From positions 85,312,001 to 85,376,000 of the forward strand of contig NC_043002.1 of the NCBI RefSeq assembly GCF_006345805.1: a DNA stretch of 64,000 nucleotides, given 5' to 3'. Source of the stretch: Octopus sinensis (taxonomy: Eukaryota). Position numbers and translations under genes: made by a program. The number at the start of each line of letters is the position of its first letter. The first letter of the stretch is position 1. Positions 1 through 12,800 of this stretch are shown in pieces. The notes beneath the pieces were generated by a model. The model had not been told where the DNA came from and ran no database searches. It saw nothing but the letters and a program-made list of their open reading frames with translations.

Positions 1-136
1 CCCACAAAATTTGAGGCCTTGTGCTTTCAGTATAAAGGATTTATTAAAGTTGCAAAAGTGTAACACACTGACATTCGCATTTATTATATTAGAATGTTTA
101 ATTTTGGGTAAACTTTATTTCTATTAAAGTGCATTT

Positions 137-218
137 TGTATGTATGTATGTATGTATGTATGTATGTATGTATGTATGTATGTATGTATGTATATATATA
201 TATATGTATGTATGTATG

Positions 219-250
<32 letters not shown>

Positions 251-256
251 TGTATG

Positions 257-287
<31 letters not shown>

Positions 288-416
288 CTGTATGTATGTA
301 TGTATGTATGTGTATGTATGTATGTAGTATGTATGTATATATATGTATGTATGTAGTATGTATGTATGTATGTATGTATGTATGTGTATGTATGTATGTA
401 TGTATGTATATGTATG

Positions 417-448
<32 letters not shown>

Positions 449-494
449 TGTATGTTGTATGTATGTGTATGTATGTATGTATGTATTGTATGTG

Positions 495-525
<31 letters not shown>

Positions 526-687
526 TGTATGTATGTATGTATGTATGTATGTCTGTATGTATGTATGTATGTATGTATGTAGTATGTATATGTATGTATG
601 TATGTATGTATGTATATATGTATGTATGTATGTATGTATGTAGTAGTATGTATGTATGTATGTTGTATGTATGTATGTATATGTATG

Positions 688-723
<36 letters not shown>

Positions 724-880
724 TGTATGTATGTATGTATGTTGTATGTATGTATGTATGTATGTATGTAGGTATGTATAGTATGTATGTATGTAGGTAT
801 GTATGTATGTATGTATAGTATGTATGTATGTATGTATGTATGTATGTATGTATGTATGTTTGTATGTATGTATGTATGTA
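137..880. repeat. (TATG)n microsatellite with (TA) interruptions
   Basis: Directly visible tetranucleotide array; source of the MYVC/HTYI pseudo-ORFs. Confidence 0.97.
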
Positions 881-1033
881 TTAAAGAAAGCAAAAGATAA
901 AACAAAAATGATTGTGTTCAGTGTGTTGGTTCAGTATATTGGCAACAGGAATTTCTGTGAAAGGGACATGGTCAAACAGTTGTGCATCACCTCCCTCTTT
1001 CTCTCACATACCCACTCTCTCACTCTATTATTA

Positions 1034-1088
<55 letters not shown>

Positions 1089-1109
1089 TCTCACTGCTAC
1101 CATCAACGT

Positions 1110-1395
1110 AGGCGTGACAGTGGTAAGTAGCTTGCTTCCCAACCATATGGTTTCCGGTTCAGTTTCCTTGGACGAATGTATTCTGCAATAGCCTTGGGCC
1201 GACCATAGCCTTATGAGTAGATTTGGGAGACGGAAACTGAAAGAAACCCGCCGTATGTAACATAGCAGTTCGGCAAAAAAAAAACGATAGAAGAAGTGCT
1301 AGACTTGAAAAAAATAAATGCTGGGGTTGATTCATTCGACTAAATGTTCTTCGAGTCAGTGCCCCATCATGGCTGCAGAATAATGTCTGAAACAA
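1110..1395 (+). mobile_element. SINE family A, degenerate copy
   Basis: gtggtaagtagcttgcttcccaacc head and catggctgcag...tgtctgaaacaagg tail match the other family A copies. Confidence 0.75.
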
Positions 1396-1511
1396 GGAGA
1401 TGTATGTATGTATGTATGTATGTATGTATGTGTATGTATGTATGTATGTATGTATGTATGTAGGTAGGTAGGTAGATAGATAGGTAGATAGGTACGTACG
1501 TATGTTTGTAT

Positions 1512-1661
1512 GGAGCGGCTGTGTGGTAAGTAGCTTGGTTACGAACCACATGGTTCCGGGTTCAGTCCCACTGCGTGGCACCTTGGGCAAGTGTCTTCTA
1601 TAACCTCGGGCCGACCAAAGCCTTGGTAGACGGAAACTGAAAGAAGCCCGTCGTATATATG

Positions 1662-1716
<55 letters not shown>

Positions 1717-1946
1717 TGTGTGTGTGTGTGTGTGTGTGTGTTTGTGTGTGTATGTCCCCTTAACATCCCTTGACAACCGATGCTGGTGTGTTTACGTCCC
1801 CGTAACTTAGCGGTTCGGCAAAAGAGATCGATAGAATAAGTACTAGGCTTACAAAGAATAAGTCCTGGGGTCGAGTTGCTCGACCAAAGGTGGTGCTCTA
1901 GCATGGCCACAGTCAAATGACTGAAACAAGTAAAAGAGTAAAGAGT
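1512..1946 (+). mobile_element. SINE family A (tRNA-like head, CORE-like ccttgggcaagtg, internal (TA)n(TG)n, LINE-like tail)
   Basis: More than 10 alignable copies in the window, with head ggctgtgtggtaagtagcttgc...ggttcagtccc and tail ccagcatggcc...gactgaaacaagtaaaag. Confidence 0.9.
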
Positions 1947-1966
1947 ATATCTATGTGTGTGTGTGT

Positions 1967-2024
<58 letters not shown>

Positions 2025-2253
2025 ACACACGCGCGTATGCATAAATAGTGAACAGCTTTTCCTTCACGTACCTTATATGACAAACATGACTATGAGATGG
2101 CGAAAGTCTCGAAACATCAGATTAATAATTTAGGAATGTTATTGAGCCAAACAAAGCCATAAAAGACTAATAAGGAAATATGAAAAAAAAGGTTAATATA
2201 AAAGATCGAACCGAAGCACGGTGGTGTCTATTATATAACAAACGCACGCACAC

Positions 2254-2254
<1 letters not shown>

Positions 2255-2328
<74 letters not shown>

Positions 2329-2339
2329 CAGATAGATAC

Positions 2340-2388
<49 letters not shown>

Positions 2389-2399
2389 TAGATAGATAG

Positions 2400-2438
<39 letters not shown>

Positions 2439-2449
2439 CAGATAGTTAA

Positions 2450-2498
<49 letters not shown>
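2255..2498. repeat. (GATA)n/(GACA)n microsatellite
   Basis: Directly visible. Confidence 0.97.
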
Positions 2499-2500
<2 letters not shown>

Positions 2501-2808
2501 TGTTTCTTTATTAGCCACACAGGGCTGCACACAGACAGAACAAATTACAAGGTAGAGCTTTTCTTTTGGGGGTAAAAAAAGGGGGTTGGTTTCCGATCAA
2601 AAGGGATCGTAAAAGGAAAGAAAGAGGACAAAAAAAGGAGAGAATTTTAAAAAAAAAGGGGGGGGGAGAGAAGGCGAGAGGAAAAAAAAGTTGATCAATA
2701 GGGATCGTAATCACAGAAATGTCAATATGAAGTGTAAAGGGGAGGACAGGTGAGGTTTACCCGTGGAAAGAAAAGCCTACGGAAAAGACCACGGTAACCT
2801 CGGTCAAT
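2499..2808 (-). mobile_element. 3' UTR stub of a Tx1/L1-like LINE
   Basis: Minus strand ends cagccctgtgtggctaataaagaaacata, followed by (TCTA)n. Homologous to 35213-35357 and similar to the end at 7610-7712 beside a Tx1/L1 RT. Confidence 0.55.
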
Positions 2809-3137
2809 GAAGTCACATGTTATATTTCTTCTTTTTTTTTTTGCAAATAAGCAACTCTCTGTATTAATTTTTACGGTTCATAGAATCATAGTCAAGGTGG
2901 CTTCGTTATTCATACGTGCCATCCTTGCTACATTCACCCATCTTTTTTTAAAACATTCACTAGACAAAACTTGCCTCTCTACTCTCACTTTCCTCTTCAA
3001 GTGATACTTGAAGAAGTTGATGAGAGATTGACCAGAGAGGAAAGTGTTTGTCTCTAATCCTTTCAGGCGCATCCACCAGATACATTCTTTCGCCATAGCC
3101 ACAGGTATGATAAAAATAGCTCTTCCTTCCCGTTTGA

Positions 3138-3140
3138 AGA

Positions 3141-3172
<32 letters not shown>

Positions 3173-3193
3173 TAGATAAACAGATAGACAGAC

Positions 3194-3280
<87 letters not shown>

Positions 3281-3291
3281 TATATATATAT

Positions 3292-3337
<46 letters not shown>

Positions 3338-3351
3338 ATTATATATATAAT

Positions 3352-3380
<29 letters not shown>
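3138..3380. repeat. Compound (GATA/GACA)n-(TA)n microsatellite
   Basis: Directly visible. Confidence 0.95.
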
Positions 3381-3382
<2 letters not shown>

Positions 3383-4072
3383 GCTTATATCTAGAAAATG
3401 TCGCCAATGGCAGTCATTGGAGTGTTGGTTAGAATGCATTGCGATATTTGTTCTGGCCCTTTGGACTCTGAGTACAAATCCCGCTGAGGTCACCTTGTTA
3501 GCGCAGCTCTCTCCCTCTCCAGGTGTCACATCATGGATGTTCCGATGGGTCAAGGGAAAAGGGACAGGCACTATTTATGTCTTCTCTTGACTAGCCAGGG
3601 ACCTAAAACGACTAGGCGAAAACATGGTACATGTTAAAAAGTCGTACCCGTTTGCGATTGTCGTCTTTACTTACGTTGCTTGTAGATAAACCAATATGGA
3701 TTATTTGTTTTTCTTCACACATAGTTACTAACGATATAGTTAATTCCGTTAGCTTTCAAAAAATCAACTTTTTACTTACAACACGTTCCGAGTGATAGTT
3801 TTTTTTGCAGAAAGTTATAAAATTGTGATTTGTCGTTCAGAAGAGGCTACATTTCTTTCTTTGTTTGCGGGAAACTATATTGATCAGTTACTGCATCGAT
3901 TAGGAGATACGACAATAAACTATTGATTATTCAATAATAATTTCACATTCTGCTGTACAATATTTTATTTGCTTCGAGTTCTTTTCAGCTAAAAAATATC
4001 TTACCAATATCGTTTTTGTGGCGATGTAGCAGAGTAGTCTATTAAAACACCTAGCCCTTTGAACTCGCTTCA

Positions 4073-4251
4073 GTAGCCGTGATTTCGTATAGCGATACTC
4101 CTGGAAGATGCAAAAGCGGGCAGCCATACGATTTTGTGTCTATGGTTTGCTAATTGGCAGAAACATTATTTTTAACCGTAGACACAAAACCATGTGGCCG
4201 TCCACTTTTGCATCTTCCAAGAATATAGTCAAACGAAACCACACCTGCTAC
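4073..4251. mobile_element. Fold-back MITE-like element with diverged arms of about 75 bp
   Basis: 4073-4148 aligns to the reverse complement of 4174-4251 (ggaagatgcaaaag / cttttgcatcttcc; ttttgtgtctatggtt / aaccgtagacacaaaa). Confidence 0.6.
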
Positions 4252-4920
4252 AGTGAACTCGTGGGTTGAAAGAAAGGGAGAGAGGGGGAGAGAGAGAGGA
4301 GGGAGAAAGAGAGGGAGAGAGAGACGGAGAGACAGAGAAAAGTTAGAATGAGAACTGGCTTTAATGCCGAAGTTAAATCAATCAACTGCAGGTAACTTAA
4401 GGCGCAGGTATGACCGTATGTTTAAGAAACTCGCTTTGCAGTCACGTGGCTTCGGTTTAAGTTCCACTGCGCAATACCTTGGACAAGTGGCTTCTACTAT
4501 AGCTCTGGATGGACCGGCACAATGCCTTGTAAATGAATTTATAGACGGAAACTACGTGGAAGCACGGTGTGTACATGCGCGCGCGCGTATGTACGCACAC
4601 ACACACACATATATGTACTTTAAGTTCAGGGTTCAAATCTTTGCTTTGGAGTTTTCTGCATTTGATACGTCCAGTGTAGATAAAATAAGCACCAGTCTAT
4701 ATAATCGACAGATGACATTTTGCTCCAAAATTTGTTTCTCATAGAAATAGGATAGTAAAGTCTTGGGTTCCTTACGCAAAGGAAAAAGGTGAGATGATCG
4801 TAGTTGGAGTGGTTTTCAACATATGGTAGCTCCATTAACGCTAAACAAGGACAGCCATGAGAAAATTTGAACCAAAGAAAGAGCCTTGATAGAAATAGCA
4901 GTAACATTTCCCTGAGATCA

Positions 4921-5069
4921 CACCTTCCCTGCCTTATATAAAATAGGGCAATTTAGATGTCTTACATAAGGATAGGACACTTAAGATGTCCTACGCACCA
5001 TCCCCCGCCTTATATAAAGATAGGAAAATTTAGACGTTCTACATAAGGATAGAACAACTTAGATTTCTA
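4921..5069. repeat. Diverged tandem duplication, period about 75 bp
   Basis: cacc..ccc.gccttatataaa...tacataaggatag occurs at 4921 and 4996. Confidence 0.65.
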
Positions 5070-5569
5070 TATAACCTTAAATTGATAGAACGAGTATGAT
5101 TGGAATAATTTTGACCAATAGACTTTCTGAGAGTGACCGCCTTTACATTTTGCTAGACATTTTATGAAATAATAATTCTGTCTGCTACAGTCACCGAGGC
5201 TGAATTTCTTGTTGTTTGTTTTAGTGGTAGTGGTTGTGGTGTTGGTGTTGGTGATATGGGGACAGTCAATTGTATCGACCCCCAACGCTTAACTGGTACT
5301 TACTTTAAGAATGATGAAAGCAGTGTCGGCTTCGACGGAATTTGGACTCATTATATAAATACCCAGGAGCATTTTTTCCGCTTGCTCGCCACTCTGCATA
5401 TATATTTTTTATTTGTTTGTTTACTTATTCATTTATTTATTTATTTATTTATTTATTTATCTATTTATTCTGAAATGTGGTCTTGTCAGATGGCAGTTAA
5501 CTTTAATATTGGCTTCCAACATAAAAATGGCTTTTTGATTCGATACGGACATTCGAGGAGGAAAGGATA

Positions 5570-6078
5570 CCCTAAATACTCGTATAGTCCGCCCTTGAGT
5601 ATAATACGCAGGGGATTTTTAGGGGGCTATACCTCTGAAAAACTTAAACCTTGTGTATAATACGCACCACTTCTCTAACTTGAGTCGTGCGTAATTAAGC
5701 CAGCAGCACCTAGTTGAACAAACATGCGTAATACAATAATGGTGATGTTCTCAACTGTTATATTGGAATATAAATATGTTTGCAAATTGTTTTTGTTATA
5801 TGTTATTCTGTGTTCTGAATACTTTTATTTTAAGAAATGGTGCTTACTGCAAGTTATGGATGATTCTTTTATGACTTCATTGCTTTCAGGCTTAGCTTAA
5901 GGTATTTTCGCGCCCGACATCACAAATGCGTCTGAATATGCATTGCCGGACAGCAAATATAGACTCGCACATTGCTTAGAAAATATTTTTCATTTTTAAC
6001 TTAGTATATAGTACGCACTAGGGATTTTGACCATTAAATTTTGGGAATAAAATGCGGATTATACTCGAGGATTTACGG
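5570..6078. mobile_element. Tc1/mariner-type MITE, about 510 bp, TA TSD
   Basis: TIR cc(g)taaatcctcgagtata at both ends, flanked by TA. A second copy in opposite orientation lies at 19652-20165. Confidence 0.85.
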
Positions 6079-6695
6079 TATGTTATTGCAGCAATGCTTG
6101 TCGCCCAACCTTTAATGTCTTTCAGCTGTATGTTGACCATGACTCACCGCTTGAGCGTTATGGCGAAGGCGAGAAAATTGTTTAAAGAAAGAGCAGCACA
6201 GAGAGGACTTCAATAATGAGGCAGATTCGCAAGAGGATTTTAACTCAGCTTTGTAAGTTAATGAAACGATCATTAATAATACAGTCAATGTAATAAATCA
6301 TCATTTATATTACTGTTTCCATTAATTATATTTCTGATTCCTACGGGAGCTTGAATCTGTGATGCATTCTCTTGAGATAGCAACAAAGAAGTAGTTAGCT
6401 ATATTAGCTACATACACATTGCGGTGTCCGACACAAACATCCCATGATTATTTATATTATATTAGAAACGGTGAACAATAGCGTGACATTGGTTAAAGCT
6501 TTCCCATGGGACAATCTCTGGTTAAGTACATCTCTATCGACGACAATGACCAGGAGATGTCTATAATTCGACGCAGAACAAATATTTCAAAAGATTTCGT
6601 TGCTGAAACAATGCTTTTTTACTTTTGATGTTTATATTTTTCGTCGATATTCATAGGCAAAAACATCTATAGATGCAAATAAATAAACGTACACA

Positions 6696-7080
6696 GGCGC
6701 AGGAGTGGCTGTGTGGTAAGTAGCTTGCTTACCAACCACATAGTTCTGGGTTCAGTCCCACTGCGTAACACCTTGGGCAAGTGTCTTCTACTATACCCTC
6801 GGGCCAACTAAAGCCTTGTGAGTGGATTTTGTAGACGGAAACTGAAACAAGCCCGTCGTATATATGTATATATATATATGTGTGTTTGTGTCTGTGTTTG
6901 TCCCCCAACATCGCTTGACAACCGATGCTGGTGTGTTTACGTCCCCGTAACTTAACGGTTTGACCAAAAAATTAAAGAATAAGTACTAGGCTTACAAAGA
7001 ATAAGTCCTGGCGTCGATTTGCCCGACTAAAGGCGGTGCTCCAGCATGGCCGCAGTCAAATGACTGAAACAAGTAAAAAA
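6696..7080 (+). mobile_element. SINE family A
   Basis: Full head-to-tail match to 1512-1946. Confidence 0.9.
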
Positions 7081-7609
7081 GACACAAGCAGGCATACATA
7101 TATAATTCTTTCTACTTAAGGCACAAGGCCTGAAATTTTTGGGGAAGGGACTAGTCGATAACGTAAATACGGACGAAATGCCGCTAAGCATTTTGCCCGA
7201 TGTGCTAACGATCCTGCCAGATCGCCGCCTTACATGTATATAATGCATGCATGTATGTGTTTGTGTGTGTGTGTGTGCGTGTGCGTGCATGAATGTATGT
7301 ATGTTTGTAAATGCATGTGAGTGTGACGGACTTCAGCACAGTGTCCATCTACCAACTTCCATTCACACACACAGTATTAGCCAATACGAATCTATGATTG
7401 AAGGTATTTGCACAAGCTGCCATACAGTTGGATAGAACCAAGAAGCATGCAGTTGTGATGCGAATTTCTTATCCACACAGCCATGTCTGCACCCATATTT
7501 CAACCATTAGTCCAACACTTTCTCTAACAAGACCAGCTGGAGCATCGAAAAAAAGAAAACAACTTAAGATAAGCACGAGTAGAAGGAAGACACTTAAATC
7601 AGCTTTATA

Positions 7610-8195
7610 ATTCGTTCGTTTATTGGCCACAAGGGCTAACAAAAATCAACTAAAACATAAAGGGACGAAATACAGGACGAAAGTTACAAAGGGTTTTGTC
7701 CGTTTGAAAAAGTCCGTGTACAAAAAAGCAGGATAACAGGGTGAATGGTCACCTTTCGGAGCCGTTTGACATCTCGCGTTCGGTTCGCCAAGGATGCCCT
7801 CTCTCCTCCCTCTTGTACGTATTGACTCTCGAGCCATTACTGCACAAGTTGGAGGCATTGAGGGGTATCCCGCGCGATCTAGGAGGTGGAAACTGCGTGT
7901 CTGCCTATGCCGACGACGTCAAGGTGACAGGTGCAAAGATTAACGCGGAAAAGTCCGTGGGCTTGCAACTGGGCACCTGGAGAGACAATTCTATGCCGTC
8001 CAACAGTGTCGTAGGGCGCTGGACAGAGGGACCCGTAAAACTGCTCGGGGTCTGGTTCGGTCCGGACCTCCAGGTGGATAAAAACTGGGAAGAGGTGACG
8101 AACAGGGTGGCCAATCCTCACCCAGAAATGGGCCGAGAGGAAGCTGTTACTGAAAGATCGAGCGGAGGTGGCGAATGCGTACATCGCATCCGTCA
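7610..8195. mobile_element. Tx1/L1-clade LINE remnant: RT fragment (+, about 7735-8195) joined to an inverted 3' end (-, 7610-7712)
   Basis: Translation SVRQGCPLSSLLYVLTLEPLL...SAYADDV...GAKINAEKS...LLGVWFG...NWEEV has L1/Tx1 RT motifs (QGCPLS, YADD), with an internal deletion. Confidence 0.85.
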
Positions 8196-8689
8196 TCAGC
8201 TCTATAATAGTATTTCTTCTTATGAAACATGTAACATCCGAGTAATCTGTTGTGGAGAGCTGCTTAGAGATACAACGTGTTTTCGATATTGCAATTAAAA
8301 GCAGTTCGAATAATATTATCATTATATTGCAAAACTAGAAGTATTACAAAATAGTGCTGTATTGTAAACACTTAAGAGGAGATGGGTCAGTAATATTAAA
8401 ACCCTTGGTGCGTTTGTAGGAGCCCTTTTAGTATCTTTTTTGTTTTTGTTCTAGAGGAAGGGGCGGTGCACATTCCCTTTGCAAGCCCTCCGAAAGAGCC
8501 GGGCTTAATGTCGTCAATGTTCCATTTAACTCTTTTGTTAAATTTCTATTGAAATGCAACAAAGTTTTTGCTTCCCAACTACATGGTTTTGGGTTCAGTC
8601 CCACTGCATGGCACCTTGGGTAAATGTCTTCTACTATTATAGCCTCAACGATCTCAAGGGATATGCTAATAACATTAGCTATTTGATTT

Positions 8690-9131
8690 ATAATCAATCA
8701 CCTGTCATCCTCACCATGTGGCGAACACGGTCAATGGTTTCCTCGGTGATGGTAGTTTCAGGATCTCCAGACCCTTGGTCATCTTCAAAGCTCTCCGTTC
8801 CCATCCTAAATCCAACTGCTCAATTTTACACTGTTGATAAAATTGGAACGTCATCCCTTAATGTAGCAACCATGACAGCATGAATGTCCTTGGGGGCTAA
8901 ACCCTTTTCCTGAAGATACTCAATAACACCACGATGCCCAAATTTTGTCCGTTCTCAAAAGAAGTCGCTACTAATTACAATTGAAGTCTTTTTTGAACAG
9001 TCAGCTGTTAGTTTACCACGACAAAAACAATGCGCTTATTAATAAGAGTTGAAATGAATGCAGGCAAGATTTCACAGCTCTTGCATTACTCCTTCATAGA
9101 TAGCCTATAAACTTTTCAGCACCCCCTCGTG
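8690..9131 (-). mobile_element. Mariner transposon 5' remnant (TIR plus N-terminal HTH of a dead transposase)
   Basis: Minus strand starts ta-cacgagggggtgctgaaaagt (mariner-type TIR) and encodes GHRGVIEYLQEKGLAPKDIHAVMVATLRDD...FRMGTESFEDDQGSGDPETTITEETIDRVRHMV with stops. Confidence 0.85.
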
Positions 9132-9425
9132 TAAGTGTGTGTGTGTACACACACACACATTATATATATATATATATATATGTATGTCGTTGTTATGTTA
9201 AACTGTCGTGTGTTCAAATTTGGCCAAATGCGTTTTTTTCAATATTTATTTTTATTTGCAATAGCCGACTCTTTTGGCCAAACTATCATATCTCCAGCTG
9301 CTTCAGATGCCAAGATATCAAAAATAGTCATAGTGTAGTACAGCAGTTTTGCTATGGAATGGTGAAACTATTTTCTGAAAAAGTAACTTTTTGGACTTGG
9401 ACTTACGACACTTGCATAATAGCAA

Positions 9426-9474
<49 letters not shown>

Positions 9475-9494
9475 TGCGTGTATATAACTGTGTG

Positions 9495-9715
9495 CGTGTT
9501 CGTATTTGTGTCTGTTCACCACCACCACTTGGCAACCGATGTTGGTTTGTTTACGTCTCTGTGATCTAGTGATTCTGCTAAAAGAGACCGATAGACTAAT
9601 TACCAGGCTGAAAAAAATAAGTACTGGGATCGGTTTGTTCGGTTAGACCCTGTTCAAGGTAGTATCCCAGCATGGCTGTAATCTAATGACCGATACAAGT
9701 GAAAGAATAAAAGAA
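9495..9715 (+). mobile_element. SINE family A, 3' half
   Basis: caaccgatgttggtttgtttacgtc...ccagcatggctg...gatacaagtgaaag. Confidence 0.75.
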
Positions 9716-10240
9716 ATATTAAGCTGATGTTTGCAGCTTAAATTAACATAAATTTTTGATGAACGTTTTAATGTCAGTCATTTTAAAACAGGAAGTCTGA
9801 CTCTTAGAGCCAAAGGCGGTCTCAGGCTCGTTGGTATCAAAACAGTTAAGTTGTAGATCAACAACTGCGAGAAAGACACGAGCAGGAGAAGATTCCAGAA
9901 GGCCAATGTTCTGAGAATGCAGGACTAGGAATATTGGTGTTAATTTTCACAACCACATTCCTATTTTCCTGTCATTTGATTTTGCGTTATTTAATATACA
10001 CATCAAATATGTCTGTGACAGTAATAACAATAACAGCTATCTATAGAGATAATATAATATTGTCCATGAATCTGGAAGTGTCCAAGAAAAATATTGTAAT
10101 ATTCTTTGAGATTTCTTCAAATTAATAGCAATTCTTCATTTTATCAAACGCTAATGGGTGCCAATATGTCTTTTTATTTATCGTTCACTTGCAGTGACCA
10201 CTAATTAAAATAATAGTCACATAGATTCACTATATTTTGT

Positions 10241-10545
10241 GGAGGCACATGGCCTAGTGGTTAGAGCAGCGGACTTGCGGTCGAGGGATTGCGGGATCGA
10301 ATCTCAGACCAGACGACGTGTGTGTTTATGAGCGAAACACCTAAGCTCCACGCGACTCCGGCAGAAGGTAATGGCAAAACTTCTGTTGACTCTTTCGCCA
10401 CAACTTTCTCTCACTCTTTCCTCCTGCATCTTGCAGCTCACCTGCGATGGACCGGCGTCCCGTCCAGGTGGAGAACCTATACGCCAAGAAACCGGCCCTT
10501 ATGAGCCAGGCATGGCTCGAGAAGGAACAAACAAACAAACAACAG
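10241..10545 (+). mobile_element. SINE family D (tRNA-derived head, (AAAC)n tail)
   Basis: ggaggcacatggcctagtggttagagc A-box-like head and B-box-like cgaatctc; second copy at 54711. Confidence 0.85.
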
Positions 10546-10959
10546 CTACATTTTAAATAAATTCATTAAAAAATTTACTGACAATCTACAATTGGTTCGG
10601 GAGTATTTATTCATTCATAAAGCATTGCTACATCCGAACAATTGTTTTAAAAAATAGGTAAGGTTGAGCTTCATAAAAGCACACAAAGAGATATAAATAA
10701 CCAAATATAGAACCTAAAATGTAATTTCACTCTTAAATTCTTTAATTTCATTTTCAAGGAAACCAATGTATGATCTCCAAAACACACTACTAATTTACAT
10801 AATACCTCTTAATGAATTATATATTTCTTATTAGTTACTCTTTCCGCTGTCTATTGCAATATTACAGAGTATAGTGCACAATATTGTCAGATCAGTCTTT
10901 TTTTTGTGTCTGGTGCTAAAAAGAACATATTTCTGAAAAAACCTCATAGCATTTCGTTT

Positions 10960-11381
10960 TTGGATTTGGGTTGCAAGATTCTTTATATGTGTTCGTGTGT
11001 TGAAGTATATTCTATTGTGTCTGGGGAGAGTCATTTTCTTTTTGTGCCTTATAATGTAACACGCACACACCGGTAAAATTTCCACTTATTTCTTATTTTT
11101 ATTTTCTGAAAATTTTCGTTGCGTCTTGCAACCTTTTCAATAGTCTTGACTATTGAAAAGGTTGGGAGACGCAACGAAAATTTTCGGAAAATAAAAATTA
11201 GAAATAAGTGGGACTATTGAAAAGGTTGCAAGATGCAACGAAAATTTTAGGAAAATAAAAATAAGAAATAGCATTTGACTATATTGAAAAGATGCAGCCC
11301 TTGCAACATTTCAGATAACTACTTGCAAAACTGTGGCCTAGAAAATTGGAGAGCACATGCATTCACTCTTATATATTAAGA
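10960..11381 (-). mobile_element. Non-autonomous Helitron, 5' part, with internal fold-back
   Basis: Minus strand begins A|TCTTAATATATAAG, like the A|TCTATATATATAAAA start of the complete Helitron at 24461. No CTAG end was found. Confidence 0.55.
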
Positions 11382-12371
11382 TTATTGCTGTTGTAGAGGA
11401 CGGTTGATTGATAGTATGCTAAATATGAGGAGTGATATGCTAAACATAAGGAAGAGGAGGGATAAAAGCAGAAACAACCAAAATATCAAGATGAGTGGAT
11501 TGTCATAGTGGAAGGCTGGGAGAGTCATTTACACACATACGTTGGAAATGAAGGAGAGTAAGAGATAAATTTCTACAAGCCAATTCTAAAATACAGTTTC
11601 ATTTTTCATTTAAATCTATTATGTTCCACTTACTCGCTGATGCCTTCGGGAATAGCACGAACGTCATGTGACCAAACATCCTCATCATTAGAAAAGCTCG
11701 GTTATATGCCAAATTGATACGATATAATTATTTAAAAGTAGTATCACGTTTACTATTGGGACCCTTGAGCGTGATCTAGTAAAAAGAAGCAAGATTTGTA
11801 TGGTTTACTGACTGAAGGATTTAATGAAATTAGTGTAATAAAAAAAGTGGCGGCTTTATATATATTTTTGTTTATCTGCATTTAGATTGTTGTTCTATAG
11901 AAAATACGTGACATTAGCGATTGCATTTATTGGCCGAAGTGCTGCTAAAAGAGATGTCTTTGTTGGTTTAATTAAATTAAATTAATAAGAATATATTAAG
12001 GTTTTTATTAACGGAAGAATATTAAACAAGATATTCAAGCAATGATTTCCAAACTGTTCCAGGCCATCACTTCTTTGGCTCTGCAATGAAACTCTGTCAC
12101 ATACATTACAACTACTATGATAAATTAAAAGCATTCTTTAGACTAAGCATCAAACTCGGAACCCGAGAAATTGTAGACAGTAATAATTATGGAATAGCAT
12201 TGAAATTAACTAAGTTAAATTGAAATTATCCAACTAACCGTTGGTGGACAGTAGAGTTGATTTCAAGAGTTGCAGATGAGTGGCTCGAGTATTGCCTGCG
12301 TGGGTGAACGCTTTTAAACAAGAGAGAGCTCAAAGCAAAAATACAAAGTTTAATACTTTTATTTAGTATGA

Positions 12372-12800
12372 TAGCGAGCCGGAAAAGTCGTTAGCACACC
12401 AAGCAAAATTTGCCTAGCGGAAATTCTAAGTTCAAAATTCCGTCGAGGTCGACTTTGCCTTTCATCTTTTAGGGATCGATAAAATAAGTAGCAGTTAAAC
12501 ACTGGAGACGATGTAATCGACTTTAATCCTCCCCTGAACTTGGTAGCCTTGAACAAAAATTTGAAATTATATTTTTAATTCAGTAAAGCGGTGAGCTGGC
12601 AGAATTACTTGCACGCCGGACAAAATGCTTAGCGACATTTCGTCCATTTCTACGTTCTGAGTTCGAATTCCGCCAGGCTCAGCTTTACCGTTCAGCTTTT
12701 CGGGGTCGATAAAATAAACACCAGTTGAGCACTGGGGTCGACGTAGTCCACTTACCCCTTCCCCGATTGTGCTGGCATTGTGCCAAAATTTGAAACCAGT
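12372..12800 (+). mobile_element. Two adjacent SINE family B monomers (12372-12565 and 12590-12800)
   Basis: gagctggcagaa...gttcgaattccgcc...ggggtcgataaaataa...ccagtt...ggggtcga core and aaaatttgaaa tail. Confidence 0.8.

Noticed and set aside
84-905. Long ORFs such as HTYI/MYVC/YIYI repeats here and at 16057, 22319, 31073, 47300 and elsewhere
   Set aside because: These are translations of (TATG)n and (TA)n microsatellites, not genes.
2088-2122. Hammerhead-like ctatga-gatggcgaaagtctc-gaaacatc
   Set aside because: The core lacks a nucleotide and helix I does not pair.
10241-10320. tRNA genes at the tRNA-like heads (also 36970, 48751, 52828, 54711, 58390, 62650)
   Set aside because: No complete cloverleaf or acceptor stem; each continues into a SINE body.
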